This document shows positions 1 through 10,613 of a stretch of 32,000 nucleotides of DNA, piece after piece (position 1 is the stretch's first letter; the number at the start of each line of letters is the position of its first letter). The notes under the pieces were generated by a model that was not told the DNA's origin, searched no databases, and saw only the letters and a program-made list of their open reading frames with translations. The stretch is from Psychrobacter sp. DM4 (GTDB lineage: Bacteria > Pseudomonadota > Gammaproteobacteria > Pseudomonadales > Moraxellaceae), in NCBI RefSeq assembly GCF_051307035.1, contig NZ_CP195536.1, positions 2,520,001 to 2,552,000 of the forward strand, given 5' to 3'. The translations under genes and the position numbers were made by a program.

Positions 1-576
1 GGCAAACTGGCTGAACTTAAGCGCTTATTCACTGAGGCAAACTTAGATATCACTATCATACCGCAAGGCGAGCTGGGTATTGAAGATGCGATTGAAGACG
101 GTTTGAGCTTCGTTGAGAACGCTATTATCAAAGCGCGTCATGCCAGTCGTATCAGTGGCCTGCCAGCCATCGCTGATGATTCAGGACTATGCGTGCCAGC
201 ACTCGGTAATGCACCAGGGATTTACTCAGCACGTTACGGCGGCGAGCATGGCAACGACGCCAATAACAATGCCAAGCTCATTACCAATCTAGAGCCTATA
301 CGCGCGCAAAACCCAGACTCCGCTATCAGGGCGCAGTTCGTTTGTGTGTTGGCTTTAGTACGTCACGCCGATGACCCGCTGCCGATTATCGCGCAAGGAT
401 TATGGCAGGGTGAGATTTTGGACGCGCCGCGTGGCGCTGGCGGTTTTGGTTATGATCCGCTGTTTTGGCTACCAGAGCTACAGGCGAGTGCGGCAGACTT
501 GGACGCCGCTGTTAAAAATCAAATCAGTCATCGTGGTCAAGCTATTGATAAGCTATTAGCGCAATTACCGCTATAA
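1..576 (+). CDS. rdgB: dITP/XTP pyrophosphatase RdgB (Ham1 family), 5'-truncated by the window edge
   Basis: Frame 1 is open from nt 1 (GKLAELKRLF...) and runs into ORF 103..576. Motifs AIADDSGL, APGIYSARY, GGFGYDPLF and SHRGQA match E. coli RdgB as I remember it. Confidence 0.85.
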   Translation, partial: GKLAELKRLFTEANLDITIIPQGELGIEDAIEDGLSFVENAIIKARHASRISGLPAIADDSGLCVPALGNAPGIYSARYGGEHGNDANNNAKLITNLEPIRAQNPDSAIRAQFVCVLALVRHADDPLPIIAQGLWQGEILDAPRGAGGFGYDPLFWLPELQASAADLDAAVKNQISHRGQAIDKLLAQLPL

Positions 577-884
577 AAGGTTCTATTTGATTCTAAAAAC
601 AGATAACTTTTACTTTAATTAGCAGATAGATTATACTGTTCTACTTTTAAATTTTGTTTAAAAACGCTATCTGTCTTAATAATTGAGCAAAAAGTTCTAT
701 AATTAAGCTATTTAGCAAGCAATACTTAATATTTGATGGTGCATCTAGTGTCATTGGCGATTGCTCATGATACTCATTTTGGTAACGCTATCCCCTATTT
801 ATTCCAACGGCGATCATGGTCATCACTACTTACTAGTGAGGCATGATGGTCTACTCTTATTTTAATCCTAAAGGTGTAATTAAC

Positions 885-2228
885 ATGGCTACAGATCTAC
901 AAGTCACAACCAACAAGCTATCTAATAAAGAGACGCAGCTGACGGTCAAAGTTCCTGTCGAAAAGATTCAAAACAAAGTCGAAGGCCGTATTCGCCAAGT
1001 GGCAAAAACTGCCAAGATCGACGGTTTCCGTAAAGGTAACGTCCCGATGTCACATATCCGCGCGCAATATGGTGCTGGCATTCAACAAGAAGTGATCAAC
1101 GATGTGATCCGTGATACTGTGTTTGAAGCGATCAAGTCTGAAGACATCCGCGCGGTTGGCATGCCAAATATTGATGATGTCAAACTAGAAGACGATTTCT
1201 TGGTGTATCAAGCGACTGTTGAGATCTTCCCAGAAGTTGACGTACAAGGTATTGATGAGATTGAAGTTGAGCGTCATACCGCAAGCGTTAATGAAGAAGA
1301 CGTCGATACAATGATTGAAAACTTGCAAAAGCAGCGCCAAGAGTTCGTTGAGAAAAAAGGCAAAGCGGCAAAAGACAATCAAGTGACCTTTGACTTTGAA
1401 GGCACGATGGATGGCGAAAAGTTCGAAGGCGGCTCATCTGAGGACTTTAAATTGGTCATCGGTAGTGGTCAGATGATTCCAGGTTTTGAAGATGGTATCA
1501 AAGGCATGAAAGCGGGCGAAGAGAAAACCATCGACGTAACTTTCCCAGAAGACTATCAAGCTGAAAACTTGGCAGGCAAAGAAGCTCAGTTCAAAATCAA
1601 CGTAAAACTGGTCGAAAAATCAAAATTACCTGAGATTGATGACGAGTTCCTTGAGCTATTTGGCGTTAAGGAAGGCGGCGTTGACAAACTAAAAGACGAC
1701 GTACGTAAAAACATGGAACGCGAAATCAAAAACGCTGCGCGTAGCCAAGTCAAGCAAGCAACGTTTGATGCCTTGCTAGAAAAAAATGAGTTTGACGTGC
1801 CAAGTGCGATGCTAGAGCAAGAGATCGATCGTCAGCGCAACATGATGATGCAGCGCTTCTCTCAGCAGTTCGGTGCGAACGCGGATAGCTTTGATAAAGA
1901 CATGCTACCGAACGAATTGTTTGAAGAACAAGCATTGCGTGCCGCTCGTCTAGGCATCATCGTCGCTCGCGTTATCGACACTAAAAATATCGAAGTCGAT
2001 CAAGACCGCGTTGAGAGCTTCATTAAAGAGGCATCTGAGAACTACGAAGATCCGTCTGAGGTCATCGAGTACTACACCAATGACAAGCAGCAACGCGCTA
2101 ACATCGAGTCTGTCGTTCTAGAAGATCAAGTCGTTGACTATCTGATTGAGCAAGGCAAAGTCACTGACAAAGAAGTCAGCTACCAAGACCTACTAGCTGC
2201 TCAGCAACAGCAGCAGCAAGCGATGTAG
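885..2228 (+). CDS. tig: Trigger factor (ribosome-associated peptidyl-prolyl isomerase)
   Basis: [11 protein letters not shown] ribosome-binding signature, central FKBP-like region ([18 protein letters not shown]), and the classic tig-clpP-clpX synteny. I chose the ATG at 885 (MATDLQV...), preceded by AGGTG, over the ORF-track start at 843. Confidence 0.93.
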   Translation: MATDLQVTTNKLSNKETQLTVKVPVEKIQNKVEGRIRQVAKTAKIDGFRKGNVPMSHIRAQYGAGIQQEVINDVIRDTVFEAIKSEDIRAVGMPNIDDVKLEDDFLVYQATVEIFPEVDVQGIDEIEVERHTASVNEEDVDTMIENLQKQRQEFVEKKGKAAKDNQVTFDFEGTMDGEKFEGGSSEDFKLVIGSGQMIPGFEDGIKGMKAGEEKTIDVTFPEDYQAENLAGKEAQFKINVKLVEKSKLPEIDDEFLELFGVKEGGVDKLKDDVRKNMEREIKNAARSQVKQATFDALLEKNEFDVPSAMLEQEIDRQRNMMMQRFSQQFGANADSFDKDMLPNELFEEQALRAARLGIIVARVIDTKNIEVDQDRVESFIKEASENYEDPSEVIEYYTNDKQQRANIESVVLEDQVVDYLIEQGKVTDKEVSYQDLLAAQQQQQQAM

Positions 2229-2274
2229 TTAAGCAGTTTGCCATTAATTGGTGCTCTTACTTTTAGTCATTCAA

Positions 2275-2307
2275 AATGCCCTAACATGATCTGTTGGGGC
2301 ATTTTTA
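2275..2307 (+). terminator. Rho-independent terminator after tig
   Basis: AATGCCCTAACA / TGTTGGGGCATT stem (one G-U pair) with a 5-nt loop, followed by a T-run. Confidence 0.6.
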
Positions 2308-2488
2308 TTATCATTTTATTAAACTTCTTGTTGATCCTGCCCTTGATAACTGAGCATACGCGCCCTATTAATAGGGAATCATTTTATATTTTCACAGGAT
2401 TACACCACTATTACGAATACAAAAAAGTTATTATACTTTCATTCATTTTAGTGCTTATCATTTAATAGACTTATAAATAGGATCTTTT

Positions 2489-3193
2489 ATGACAGATTAT
2501 GATCGCATTACTGCCAATCCTCACTTTGATATGTTGATGAGTGCTCACACCGAAGCACAACACATTCAAAGCAGCTCTCACTCAGTGCAGCAAGCAGCTC
2601 TCGTACCTATGGTCGTTGAGCAATCCGCACGCGGCGAACGCTCATTTGATATTTTCTCACGTCTACTTCGTGAGCGCGTTATCTTTTTGACGGGTCAAGT
2701 CGAAGACCATATGGCCAACCTAATCGTCGCGCAGTTGTTATTCTTAGAAGCCGAAAACCCTGATAAAGATATCCATCTGTATATCAACTCGCCAGGCGGC
2801 TCTGTCAGTGCGGGTCTTGCTATCTTTGATACCATGAATTTCATTAAACCCGAAGTCTCGACCATCTGTATGGGCGGCGCCTATAGCATGGGTTCGTTCT
2901 TGCTCGCAGCGGGTGAGCGCGGCAAACGTTATGCCCTAGCCAATGCTCGGGTGATGATCCATCAGCCCTCAGGTGGCGCGCAAGGTCAAGCGACCGATAT
3001 CGAGATTAATGCTCGTGAGATCTTAAAAACTCGCGCGCGTTTAAACGAGATTTTGGCTGAGCGTACGGGTCAACCGGTAGAAAAAATCGAAAAAGATGTT
3101 GAGCGTGATTATTGGTTAGATGCCAAGGAAGCCAAAGAATACGGCTTAGTCGATGAAGTGCTAGAGCGTCGCCCTACTGATCTAAAAAAGTAG
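2489..3193 (+). CDS. clpP: ATP-dependent Clp protease proteolytic subunit ClpP
   Basis: [30 protein letters not shown], active-site region [14 protein letters not shown] and IHQPSGG. An AGGA Shine-Dalgarno lies 6 nt upstream of the ATG at 2489. The pro-region before ALVPMV is unusually long, about 38 aa. Confidence 0.95.
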   Translation: MTDYDRITANPHFDMLMSAHTEAQHIQSSSHSVQQAALVPMVVEQSARGERSFDIFSRLLRERVIFLTGQVEDHMANLIVAQLLFLEAENPDKDIHLYINSPGGSVSAGLAIFDTMNFIKPEVSTICMGGAYSMGSFLLAAGERGKRYALANARVMIHQPSGGAQGQATDIEINAREILKTRARLNEILAERTGQPVEKIEKDVERDYWLDAKEAKEYGLVDEVLERRPTDLKK

Positions 3194-3300
3194 TTTCTAC
3201 TTAGATAGCTTACTTAGACAGCTACTGTTAAGTAACTCGCCGAACGTCGTTTAACGATTATTTTTAAACCAGCACAGTAAGATTTTAGGAGCACCTGTAT

Positions 3301-4575
3301 ATGGCAGATGACAAGACCCCGCACTGCTCGTTTTGCGGAAAAGCCAAAAGTGACGTCAAACAGCTTATTGCTGCTGACGATGCCAATATCTGTAATGAAT
3401 GTATTGAGCTATGTACAGATCTAATAGCCGATAGCGATGTCGAGACTGATGACGATAGTGAGATTGATACCTCGTGGGTCAACAAAAAACTACCAACGCC
3501 AAAAGAGCTACGCGCCAAGCTTGATGAGTATGTTATTGGACAAGACTCAGCAAAAAAAGCGTTAGCGGTCGCCGTTTATAATCACTATAAACGTCTTAAA
3601 GTCAGCCAAACTTTGGCTCGTGATAGCAAAAAGGCCAAGATTGGCGCTGATGATGCGATGGTTGAACTGGCAAAGAGTAATATCTTGCTCATCGGTCCAA
3701 CAGGTTCTGGTAAGACGTTACTGGCGCAAACGTTAGCACGTCTGCTTGATGTACCGTTTGCGATGGCAGATGCCACGACGCTAACCGAAGCTGGTTACGT
3801 CGGTGAAGACGTTGAAAACATCGTACAAAAGCTACTCCAAGCCTCAGACTATGATGTCAGTAAAGCGGAACAAGGTATCATCTATATCGATGAGATTGAT
3901 AAGATTAGCAAAAAAGGCGATAACCCGTCCATCACCCGTGATGTATCAGGCGAAGGCGTGCAGCAAGCGCTTCTAAAGCTCATCGAAGGTACGGTCGCTG
4001 CTATCCCGCCACATGGTGGTCGTAAGCATCCACAGCAAGAACTGATTCAAGTCGATACTAGCAATATCCTTATTATCGTTGGTGGCGCGTTTGCAGGTTT
4101 AGATAAAGTCATTCAGCAGCGCACTGAAAAAGGCGGTATTGGCTTCAATGCAGATGTCAGCTCAAAAGACGACAGTGCGCGTAGCTCAGATCTGCTTCAA
4201 CAAGTCGAGCCAGAAGATTTGATTAAATTTGGTCTCATTCCAGAACTAATCGGTCGTTTGCCTGTACTTGCCGCGCTAAAAGAGCTGGATGAAGAAGCCC
4301 TTAAACAGATTTTGACAGAGCCTAAGAATGCTCTCGTTAAGCAGTACAAATATCTGTTCGATATGGAAGGTGCTGACATTAGCTTCACTGATGAGGCACT
4401 CGATGCTATCGCCAAAAAAGCGATGGAGCGTAAAACGGGCGCGCGCGGTCTACGTTCTATCGTTGAGAATGCTTTGCTTGAGACAATGTACGAGCTACCA
4501 TCAATGAAAAACGCCAAAACAGTCATGGTAGATGAAGAAGTGATCAACGAAGGTAAAATACCTAAAATCGCTTAA
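3301..4575 (+). CDS. clpX: ATP-dependent Clp protease ATP-binding subunit ClpX
   Basis: N-terminal zinc-binding CSFCG...CNEC, Walker A GPTGSGKT, Walker [10 protein letters not shown], and the GYVGEDVE pore-loop region. Confidence 0.97.
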   Translation: MADDKTPHCSFCGKAKSDVKQLIAADDANICNECIELCTDLIADSDVETDDDSEIDTSWVNKKLPTPKELRAKLDEYVIGQDSAKKALAVAVYNHYKRLKVSQTLARDSKKAKIGADDAMVELAKSNILLIGPTGSGKTLLAQTLARLLDVPFAMADATTLTEAGYVGEDVENIVQKLLQASDYDVSKAEQGIIYIDEIDKISKKGDNPSITRDVSGEGVQQALLKLIEGTVAAIPPHGGRKHPQQELIQVDTSNILIIVGGAFAGLDKVIQQRTEKGGIGFNADVSSKDDSARSSDLLQQVEPEDLIKFGLIPELIGRLPVLAALKELDEEALKQILTEPKNALVKQYKYLFDMEGADISFTDEALDAIAKKAMERKTGARGLRSIVENALLETMYELPSMKNAKTVMVDEEVINEGKIPKIA

Positions 4576-4608
4576 TTTATCGTCATACTCGTATATTTAA
4601 TTATCAAG

Positions 4609-4638
4609 AAGCGTTTAGCATAAGCTAAGCGCTTTTTT
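4609..4638 (+). terminator. Rho-independent terminator after clpX
   Basis: AAGCGTTTAGC / GCTAAGCGCTT stem, ATAA loop, then TTTTT. Confidence 0.65.
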
Positions 4639-4968
4639 ATGACCTACTGTTTGTTTTTTACTCTATTGTCAGCGCTTATTATAAAATGACAGCGTTGTTT
4701 ATGAATCCTTGTGAGTGCTGATCATAAATTATGCTAAGGTAGCGAGTCTATAATCGCAACTTTTGTTCTATAGTCAATCCAATACAAAGAACGATACAAT
4801 GCGACTGACATTTGTTTTTTGCAGCCTCTGTCAGCATAGACACAGCAAGCAAAAAAATAAATAGCAGTGGCGCGGCCTTAAAAGTCGTCTCTCTTTTATT
4901 GTGAACCTACTATATTATCCCTTAGAATCTTGCACGACCATTATCTATCATACAAAGGACTGTTCATC

Positions 4969-5994
4969 ATGCTTAACAACGTTACCGCTATCGCAAACTC
5001 GCTTCGTCAGCACCTGCCTTTTTCATCGAACCAAGAGCAAGACATTGCCCCTTATTATCAAAATCACGTGGCCGCTATCACGGGAGCAGGCTCTGGTATG
5101 GGGCGCGAGCTAGCGCTTCATTTAGCGCAGATGGGCTGTCATCTGGCGTTGTCGGATATCAATGCCGAGCAACTAACGCAAACCAAAGATCTGCTTGTGG
5201 GTTATGATATAAAAGTCACCACCACTACGCTAGATGTCTCAGATAATAAAGCGATCGAGGTTTGGGCGGATGAAGTTATGAGCGATCATGGCAAGGTAAA
5301 TTTCATCTTTAACAATGCAGGTGTCGCTCTGTACTCAACGGTAGAAGGCAGTAGCATTAGCGAGCTTGAGTGGGTAATGGATATCAACTTTTGGGGCGTC
5401 GTTTATGGCACTAAAGCGTTTTTACCTTTGATCAAAAACAGCGTAAAGGCGAGTGAGATCGACAATGACAGCCAAGCCAACAATCAAGACAATAGCTCAC
5501 GTCAGTTTAAAGAGCACGGTCATATTATCAATATCTCAAGTCTGTTTGGTTTGACGGCTCAGCCCTCACAGTCGGCCTATAATGCGAGCAAATTTGCGGT
5601 ACGCGGCTTTACCGAAAGCCTGCGCCAAGAGTTAGATATCCAGCAGAGCGGGGTATCAACTACTTGTATTCACCCAGGCGGTATCAAAACCAACATTGCC
5701 AATAGCGCACGCGGCAACAATAGTATCAGTGACATCGGTATGCGTGCTGGACCTAAAGCGATCCAAAGTTTTAATAAGTTTTTGAAGTTTGACGCCAGCG
5801 AAGCGGCTTGGATTATTTTGCATGCAGCGGCAACCAATCAGCCACGCTGCCTAATCGGTAATGACGCCAAAGTGATAGATGCATTGCAGCGCGTATTCCC
5901 AGCGCGTTATAGCAATGTGCTAAACGATGTTAATAAATTGTCTCGTAAACTTAAGGGTAAAAAACCTGCCAAAACTCATAGAAAAGCTGATTAA
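4969..5994 (+). CDS. Short-chain dehydrogenase/reductase (SDR) family oxidoreductase
   Basis: Rossmann motif TGAGSGMG, NNAG, and catalytic S...YNASK. The ATG at 4969 follows AAAGGA. The ORF-track start at 4930 is a TTG extension. Confidence 0.85.
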   Translation: MLNNVTAIANSLRQHLPFSSNQEQDIAPYYQNHVAAITGAGSGMGRELALHLAQMGCHLALSDINAEQLTQTKDLLVGYDIKVTTTTLDVSDNKAIEVWADEVMSDHGKVNFIFNNAGVALYSTVEGSSISELEWVMDINFWGVVYGTKAFLPLIKNSVKASEIDNDSQANNQDNSSRQFKEHGHIINISSLFGLTAQPSQSAYNASKFAVRGFTESLRQELDIQQSGVSTTCIHPGGIKTNIANSARGNNSISDIGMRAGPKAIQSFNKFLKFDASEAAWIILHAAATNQPRCLIGNDAKVIDALQRVFPARYSNVLNDVNKLSRKLKGKKPAKTHRKAD

Positions 5995-6032
5995 GCTCAG
6001 ACAGTTTTAGGTACACAAGTTATTATACAAAA

Positions 6033-6062
6033 ACCCCAGCCATTAAATATGGCTGGGGTTTA
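6033..6062. terminator. Bidirectional hairpin terminator between the convergent SDR and EIIC-like genes
   Basis: CCCCAGCCAT / ATGGCTGGGG perfect 10-bp stem, flanked by an A-run on the left and TTT on the right. Confidence 0.6.
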
Positions 6063-6113
6063 ATGTTTGACTACAGCTAAAATATATATGACAAATATCT
6101 AAGTTAAAAAACA

Positions 6114-7211
6114 CTAAGGCAACTTCATATCACCAGCGACCAACCAGCCCATACGGCGCATCATATAAGCGACAAGTCCTGAGATAACCGCAGGCAGTAC
6201 AAACATCAACAAGATAATAGCCGTCCACATCTGAGCACTACTCATAATCTCTTTTGAGGCTTCAATCACGCCGAATACGCCAACCAATCCAGCCGTACCC
6301 ATGCCCGCCCCTGTCGCGGTGCAAGCTAGCTCAAAGACGACCGTCGCAACAGGACCCACGACAGCACTAGCGACAACGGCAGGCAATAATATCAAAGGCT
6401 TTTTGAGGACGTTTGGAATCTGGAGCATGCTTGTGCCAAGACCTTGTGAGATGACACCACTAAAGCCATTATCTTTGAAACTTGCGACCGCAAAGCCAAT
6501 CATGTGCGCCGCGCAGCCAACGACCGCAGCTCCGCCTGCTAACCCGCCTAAGCCAATCGCAATACAAATTGCCGCACTTGACGTCGGTAAGGTCAATAAA
6601 ATACCAACGACGACGGCTATGACAATCCCCATAAGCAGTGGTTGCAACTCCGTAGCGGCTTGAATGCCCTGTCCAATGGCATTGACCGCCGCGACCACGG
6701 GTGGGTTGAGTAGTGCACAGACCGCGAGCGCAACCGCACACACTAGTAATGGCACTAGCAAGATATCTAGCTTGGTCTTGCCAGCGATCCAGTTGCCAGC
6801 ACGATAAGCAAAGACCGTGGTCAAATACGCCCCTATCGGATTACCTGGCAGTGCGATAAAAGTAGCAGGTCCGCCGACTTGCGGGGTAAATAAAGTACCT
6901 GCCATCAGCGCTTCAGAATGCGCGCCTAGCATACCGGCGACTAGGCAGCTGAGCATAACGAGTGTTGGCGCTTTGAGATAATAAGCGATGCCAACACCGA
7001 TACCTGCACCCATCAAAATAGAGGCCAGTTTGCCAACAGCGACTAATGCGGGCACGTTAAGCCAGCCACCAATCTGCGAGATAATAAGGCCTGCAATGAG
7101 AGTCACGAACAACCCGAGTGCCATGCCCGTAAAAGCATCGATAAAGTATTTTTGAAAAAAAGCTTTGATAGTGCTAGGCGGCGCAGCTGAAGGTGATAGA
7201 GTCATAGTCAT
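6114..7211 (-). CDS. Polytopic membrane protein, PTS EIIC-like (PfoR/COG3641-type) family
   Basis: 365 aa, almost entirely hydrophobic and Gly/Ala-rich with about 10 predicted TM segments. The overall pattern resembles proteins annotated as PTS sugar transporter subunit IIC (PfoR-like). Family assignment is from memory only. Confidence 0.6.
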   Translation of the reverse strand: MTMTLSPSAAPPSTIKAFFQKYFIDAFTGMALGLFVTLIAGLIISQIGGWLNVPALVAVGKLASILMGAGIGVGIAYYLKAPTLVMLSCLVAGMLGAHSEALMAGTLFTPQVGGPATFIALPGNPIGAYLTTVFAYRAGNWIAGKTKLDILLVPLLVCAVALAVCALLNPPVVAAVNAIGQGIQAATELQPLLMGIVIAVVVGILLTLPTSSAAICIAIGLGGLAGGAAVVGCAAHMIGFAVASFKDNGFSGVISQGLGTSMLQIPNVLKKPLILLPAVVASAVVGPVATVVFELACTATGAGMGTAGLVGVFGVIEASKEIMSSAQMWTAIILLMFVLPAVISGLVAYMMRRMGWLVAGDMKLP

Positions 7212-7244
7212 ACTCTCGATAAAAAATAAGTCAAAAAAAGAGGA

Positions 7245-7272
7245 TAAAAAAAAGCGCCGTATTGACGCTTTT
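7245..7272 (-). terminator. Putative terminator after the SPOR-domain gene
   Basis: On the minus strand, AAGCG-N9-CGCTT is followed by an 8-9 nt U-run. Confidence 0.45.
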
Positions 7273-7295
7273 AGATTGAATGGACTATGATCACC

Positions 7296-8090
7296 CTAAC
7301 GGCGCTGCTCTACGATAATAGAATCAATGCCGTTATTTTGCAGACGCTGCTGAGCGCTTGCAACCGCTTGTCTATTGTTTATAGGTCGTGAGATAACCTG
7401 ATAGATAGGTAAGCCATTACCCGTTGTATTTTTGACGACTCTAGCATCTACCCCTGCCATGAGTACTTGTGCACGGCGGCGATCAGCTTCATCGGCATTA
7501 CCAAAGCTATTAATTTGTAGGATATAAGTGGCCGCAGGCGCAGCTCGTTGTACACTTGCCGTACCCGTTTCAGCCGCTCTATTAGAGGTCGTATTATTAG
7601 CGGGCGGCGTACCATCGTAAGTAGTGTTTTCTTCAATGATAACAATGTCATTATCAGCCGTATCAGTATTGCTACGGCTAGGTTCTCTTGTCGTACTCTC
7701 AGCAATGCCAAAATTGCCCGTATCTGTAGGGCTTGAGGTATCTTCAGGCTGGTTGACTACGACGTCTGGCTCAAACTCGTTAATGTTGCCAGTCTGACCA
7801 TCAATCTCACCTAAGTCCTCGTCTGGTATAGTCGCCATCTCTTGATTAGGCAAGATGTCATAGAACTCGTAGTCGCTATTATCGGTATCGGTATCCACAC
7901 GTGGCTGTACTTGACGGTCAGGGTCGGAGCCTGCCGTGCTATCAGTCGGACTAAAGTCAAACAACGGTGATAAGTACAAAAACACCCCGATCATCAGCGT
8001 CAATATCGCCCCAACGAGCATCCACAATAAGCCTGATGCGCTACTTGATTTGCGCTTTTCTGTGGCGCCTCTTGGTTTTTTAGCTAACAT
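7296..8090 (-). CDS. SPOR-domain (FtsN-like) septal peptidoglycan-binding protein
   Basis: Basic N-terminus followed by a single TM helix (LLWMLVGAILTLMIGVFLYL), a long acidic disordered linker, and a C-terminal SPOR-like domain (YILQINSFGNADEADRRRAQVLMAGVDARVV...YQVISRP). Sits directly downstream of argS, as in Pseudomonas. Confidence 0.8.
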   Translation of the reverse strand: MLAKKPRGATEKRKSSSASGLLWMLVGAILTLMIGVFLYLSPLFDFSPTDSTAGSDPDRQVQPRVDTDTDNSDYEFYDILPNQEMATIPDEDLGEIDGQTGNINEFEPDVVVNQPEDTSSPTDTGNFGIAESTTREPSRSNTDTADNDIVIIEENTTYDGTPPANNTTSNRAAETGTASVQRAAPAATYILQINSFGNADEADRRRAQVLMAGVDARVVKNTTGNGLPIYQVISRPINNRQAVASAQQRLQNNGIDSIIVEQRR

Positions 8091-8199
8091 AGATCTTCTC
8101 CTGAGCGATTCTCTAGCAACGAGTCTTATATCATGGCATTATATCAACAAGTGCAAGGGCGCTTGCTGAATTCTTTATGGATTTAGGTATATAGCAAGA

Positions 8200-10029
8200 C
8201 TACATGCTAGTTGGTGCTGATAAACCAAGCAGTCCTAGTCCATTTGCCAGTACTTGTCTAACGGCTTTGGATAAGTGCAGACGCGCCTGCATCATATCAA
8301 GCTCGTCCTGACTTGGTATCGCACCCGATGTCAAGCTTAGTGGCAAGATCCGATTGGTGACATACCAGCCATGGTACAGTGCTGCCAGCTCTTTGAGATA
8401 ATTGGTCATCATATGCGGCTCGTAACCGGTTGCAGCACGTAAAAGCGTCGCAGGGTAAGCGGCGAGCAGCTTCATTAGCTCCTCTTCACTTGGGGATGTC
8501 AGCAGATATTGTTGCTGTACACCCATAGCATCATCGACGCTCAGACCGCTGACTCGCAACTTCTCTAGTACCTGACAGATACGGGCATGAGCATATTGAA
8601 TGTAATAGACCTGATTGTCCTTGCTTTGCGATTTGGCAAGCTCTAAGTCAAAATCAACGTGTACCTCAGGCTTACGCGCCACATAATAAAAACGCGCGGC
8701 ATCGTTACCGACCTCGCTTCGTAGCTCACGCAAGGTCACAAACTCGCCCTTACGCGATGACATGGGCACTTTTTCGTCCCCGCGCCACAGGGCAACGAAC
8801 TGTACCAATACCACATCGAGGCGATCGGCATCGATTCCTAGAGCAAGCAGCGCCGCTCTCACGCGCGGAATATAACCATGATGGTCAGCGCCCCAAACGT
8901 TAATGACTTTATCAAATCCACGATCGAACTTGTTCTTATGATAAGCAATATCTGAGGCAAAATACGTAGTTTGACCATTAGCGCGGCGCACAACACGATC
9001 TTTTTCATCGCCAAAGTCTGTGGATTTAAACCAGATATTGCCGTCTTTTTCGTATAGATAACCCTTGTCATCTAATATCTGAAGTACAGGTTCTATATCG
9101 GCATCGATAGAGCGCTCATGGAACCAGCACTCGTAACGCACGCCAAAGTCATTGAGATCGTCCTTGATATCCGCCAAGATACCATTTAGAGCGGCGTCCA
9201 AAAACAGCGCATAGTTATCACCAAGTAATGCTTTGCTATTAGCAATGAGGCCATCAATGTGCGCTTCTTTATCACCTGACAGTAGCTCCTGCTCACCTGC
9301 TTCGTCGGTTTGATAATGCGCGTCTGCAGGCACGTCCAAAACAATATCGGCAAAATCATGAACATAGCTATCACCATGTTCTACTTTGAGCGCCTCTGCG
9401 ATATCGCGGACATAATCACCGACATAAGCGTTCGATGGAAATACAACTGTCTCGCGATTAGCTTGCAGATAACGCAAATAAGTACTGGTCGCCAAGATAT
9501 CCATCTGCCGACCCGCGTCATTGACATAATACTCGCGTGTCACATCATAACCCACGGCCTCTAACAAGTTTGCCACGCTCATACCAAATGCCGCTCCGCG
9601 TCCATGCCCGACATGCAAGCTTGAGGTCGGATTGGCAGACACAAACTCAACTTGCACCTTTTGACCCTTAAACTGCTCGCTGAGACCAAAGCGATCTTGC
9701 TGAGTAAAAATATCATTTAACACCGCAAATTTAGCATCGCTATTTAAAAACACGTTGATAAAACCAGGTCCTGCGATATCGACTTGGCGAATGTCTTTGT
9801 TGCTAGGCAAAGCATCGACAATACTTTGCGCCAATGCGCGTGGATTACTCTTAGCCGCTTTTGCCGCACTCAAGGCGATATTACTGGCAAAGTCGCCGTG
9901 AGCAGTATCTTTGGTACGAGTGATTTGGCTGTTATTGTGCCAATCAGCAGGCAAGACGCCTTGGTCTTTTAAACTTTGCGCTGCGACGTCAAACAATTGG
10001 ACTAACGTATCGATTTGGGCTTGTGACAT
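8200..10029 (-). CDS. argS: Arginine--tRNA ligase
   Basis: Class I HIGH motif (SANPTSSLHVGHGRG), MSSRKG (KMSKS-like), and a typical ArgRS N-terminal add-1 domain and length (609 aa). Confidence 0.97.
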   Translation of the reverse strand: MSQAQIDTLVQLFDVAAQSLKDQGVLPADWHNNSQITRTKDTAHGDFASNIALSAAKAAKSNPRALAQSIVDALPSNKDIRQVDIAGPGFINVFLNSDAKFAVLNDIFTQQDRFGLSEQFKGQKVQVEFVSANPTSSLHVGHGRGAAFGMSVANLLEAVGYDVTREYYVNDAGRQMDILATSTYLRYLQANRETVVFPSNAYVGDYVRDIAEALKVEHGDSYVHDFADIVLDVPADAHYQTDEAGEQELLSGDKEAHIDGLIANSKALLGDNYALFLDAALNGILADIKDDLNDFGVRYECWFHERSIDADIEPVLQILDDKGYLYEKDGNIWFKSTDFGDEKDRVVRRANGQTTYFASDIAYHKNKFDRGFDKVINVWGADHHGYIPRVRAALLALGIDADRLDVVLVQFVALWRGDEKVPMSSRKGEFVTLRELRSEVGNDAARFYYVARKPEVHVDFDLELAKSQSKDNQVYYIQYAHARICQVLEKLRVSGLSVDDAMGVQQQYLLTSPSEEELMKLLAAYPATLLRAATGYEPHMMTNYLKELAALYHGWYVTNRILPLSLTSGAIPSQDELDMMQARLHLSKAVRQVLANGLGLLGLSAPTSM

Positions 10030-10359
10030 AAGACTATAAACTCAGATAAAAAATAAGATAAAAGGAGCAAAAGACGAGTAACTCGTAAATATAACAACCT
10101 TTAGAGTCGATTGCATCTTTATTGCAAAAAAGAACGTCACATTTTATTTGTTAGACTTAGACCATAACCTTAGTATTTTCGGTAATATCTCTGTTTTCGA
10201 TAGAAACATATTATGAATTTAGATGACCAGCTGGTCGTATTGTTTATAGCGTTCCTGTTGTATCGCAGTGCTGTGATGCTCATATCAGTATAGTTACGCG
10301 CTATAATGCGTCACAAATCAGATTCTTATGACTAACTTTGCCTGATACAGGACATAACC

Positions 10360-10578
10360 ATGTTTGCCATTGCCGCCAGTACCGTCACCAGTTGGGGACT
10401 CTATGTCCTATTACCGATCTTTATTGCTTTTTTATTCTTTATTGTTTGGGATATCTCCAAAAAATCTGAGGCAGGACGCGCAGGTACTTTTTGGATTTTT
10501 TTGGCATTAGGCGCAGGCTTCGTGGGTTTTATATTCAAGATATTATTAGAAGTCGCTTTTAAAAAATGGCTGATATAA
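10360..10578 (+). CDS. Small two-TM membrane protein, DUF2788-like
   Basis: 72 aa. The pattern VWDISKKSEAGRAGTFWIFLALGAGFVGFIFK resembles DUF2788 family members I recall. Confidence 0.6.
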   Translation: MFAIAASTVTSWGLYVLLPIFIAFLFFIVWDISKKSEAGRAGTFWIFLALGAGFVGFIFKILLEVAFKKWLI

Positions 10579-10613
10579 TCAGCACTGTTAGCGTTGCGGC
10601 TGTAAAATCGAAT

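Noticed and set aside
843-884. Upstream extension of tig ([14 protein letters not shown]) in the ORF track.
   Set aside because: The ATG at 885 has an AGGTG Shine-Dalgarno and gives the N-terminus that aligns with known trigger factors.
2203-2228. Poly-Gln tail (QQQQQQ) at the trigger factor C-terminus and the corresponding CAG/CAA run.
   Set aside because: It is a short homopolymeric codon run in a non-conserved tail, with no evidence of phase variation or function.
2238-2465. 75-aa hydrophobic ORF between tig and clpP.
   Set aside because: It starts inside the tig terminator hairpin, has no Shine-Dalgarno, and lies in a very AT-rich promoter region. The hydrophobicity is just the T-rich sequence.
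3285-4547. Antisense ORFs within clpX (3285..3518, 3585..3776, 4197..4547).
   Set aside because: They lie entirely within a strongly supported conserved gene, and their translations are low-complexity.
4930-4968. TTG-initiated 13-codon extension of the SDR gene.
   Set aside because: The ATG at 4969 is preceded by AAAGGA at proper spacing. The extension overlaps that Shine-Dalgarno.
4576-4968. lon does not follow clpX as it does in E. coli, which could hint at a rearrangement.
   Set aside because: The clpX-lon linkage is not universal, and there are no scars, repeats or mobile genes here. It is probably the normal arrangement for this lineage.
6301-6741. ORFs 6301..6663 (+) and 6469..6741 (-, alternate frame) inside the EIIC-like gene.
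   Set aside because: They are shadow ORFs created by the GC-rich Gly/Ala codon bias of the membrane protein gene.
10213-10293. 26-codon hydrophobic mini-ORF (MNLDDQLVVLFIAFLLYRSAVMLISV) in the argS/DUF2788 divergent region.
   Set aside because: It has no Shine-Dalgarno and no supporting context. I cannot distinguish it from chance.
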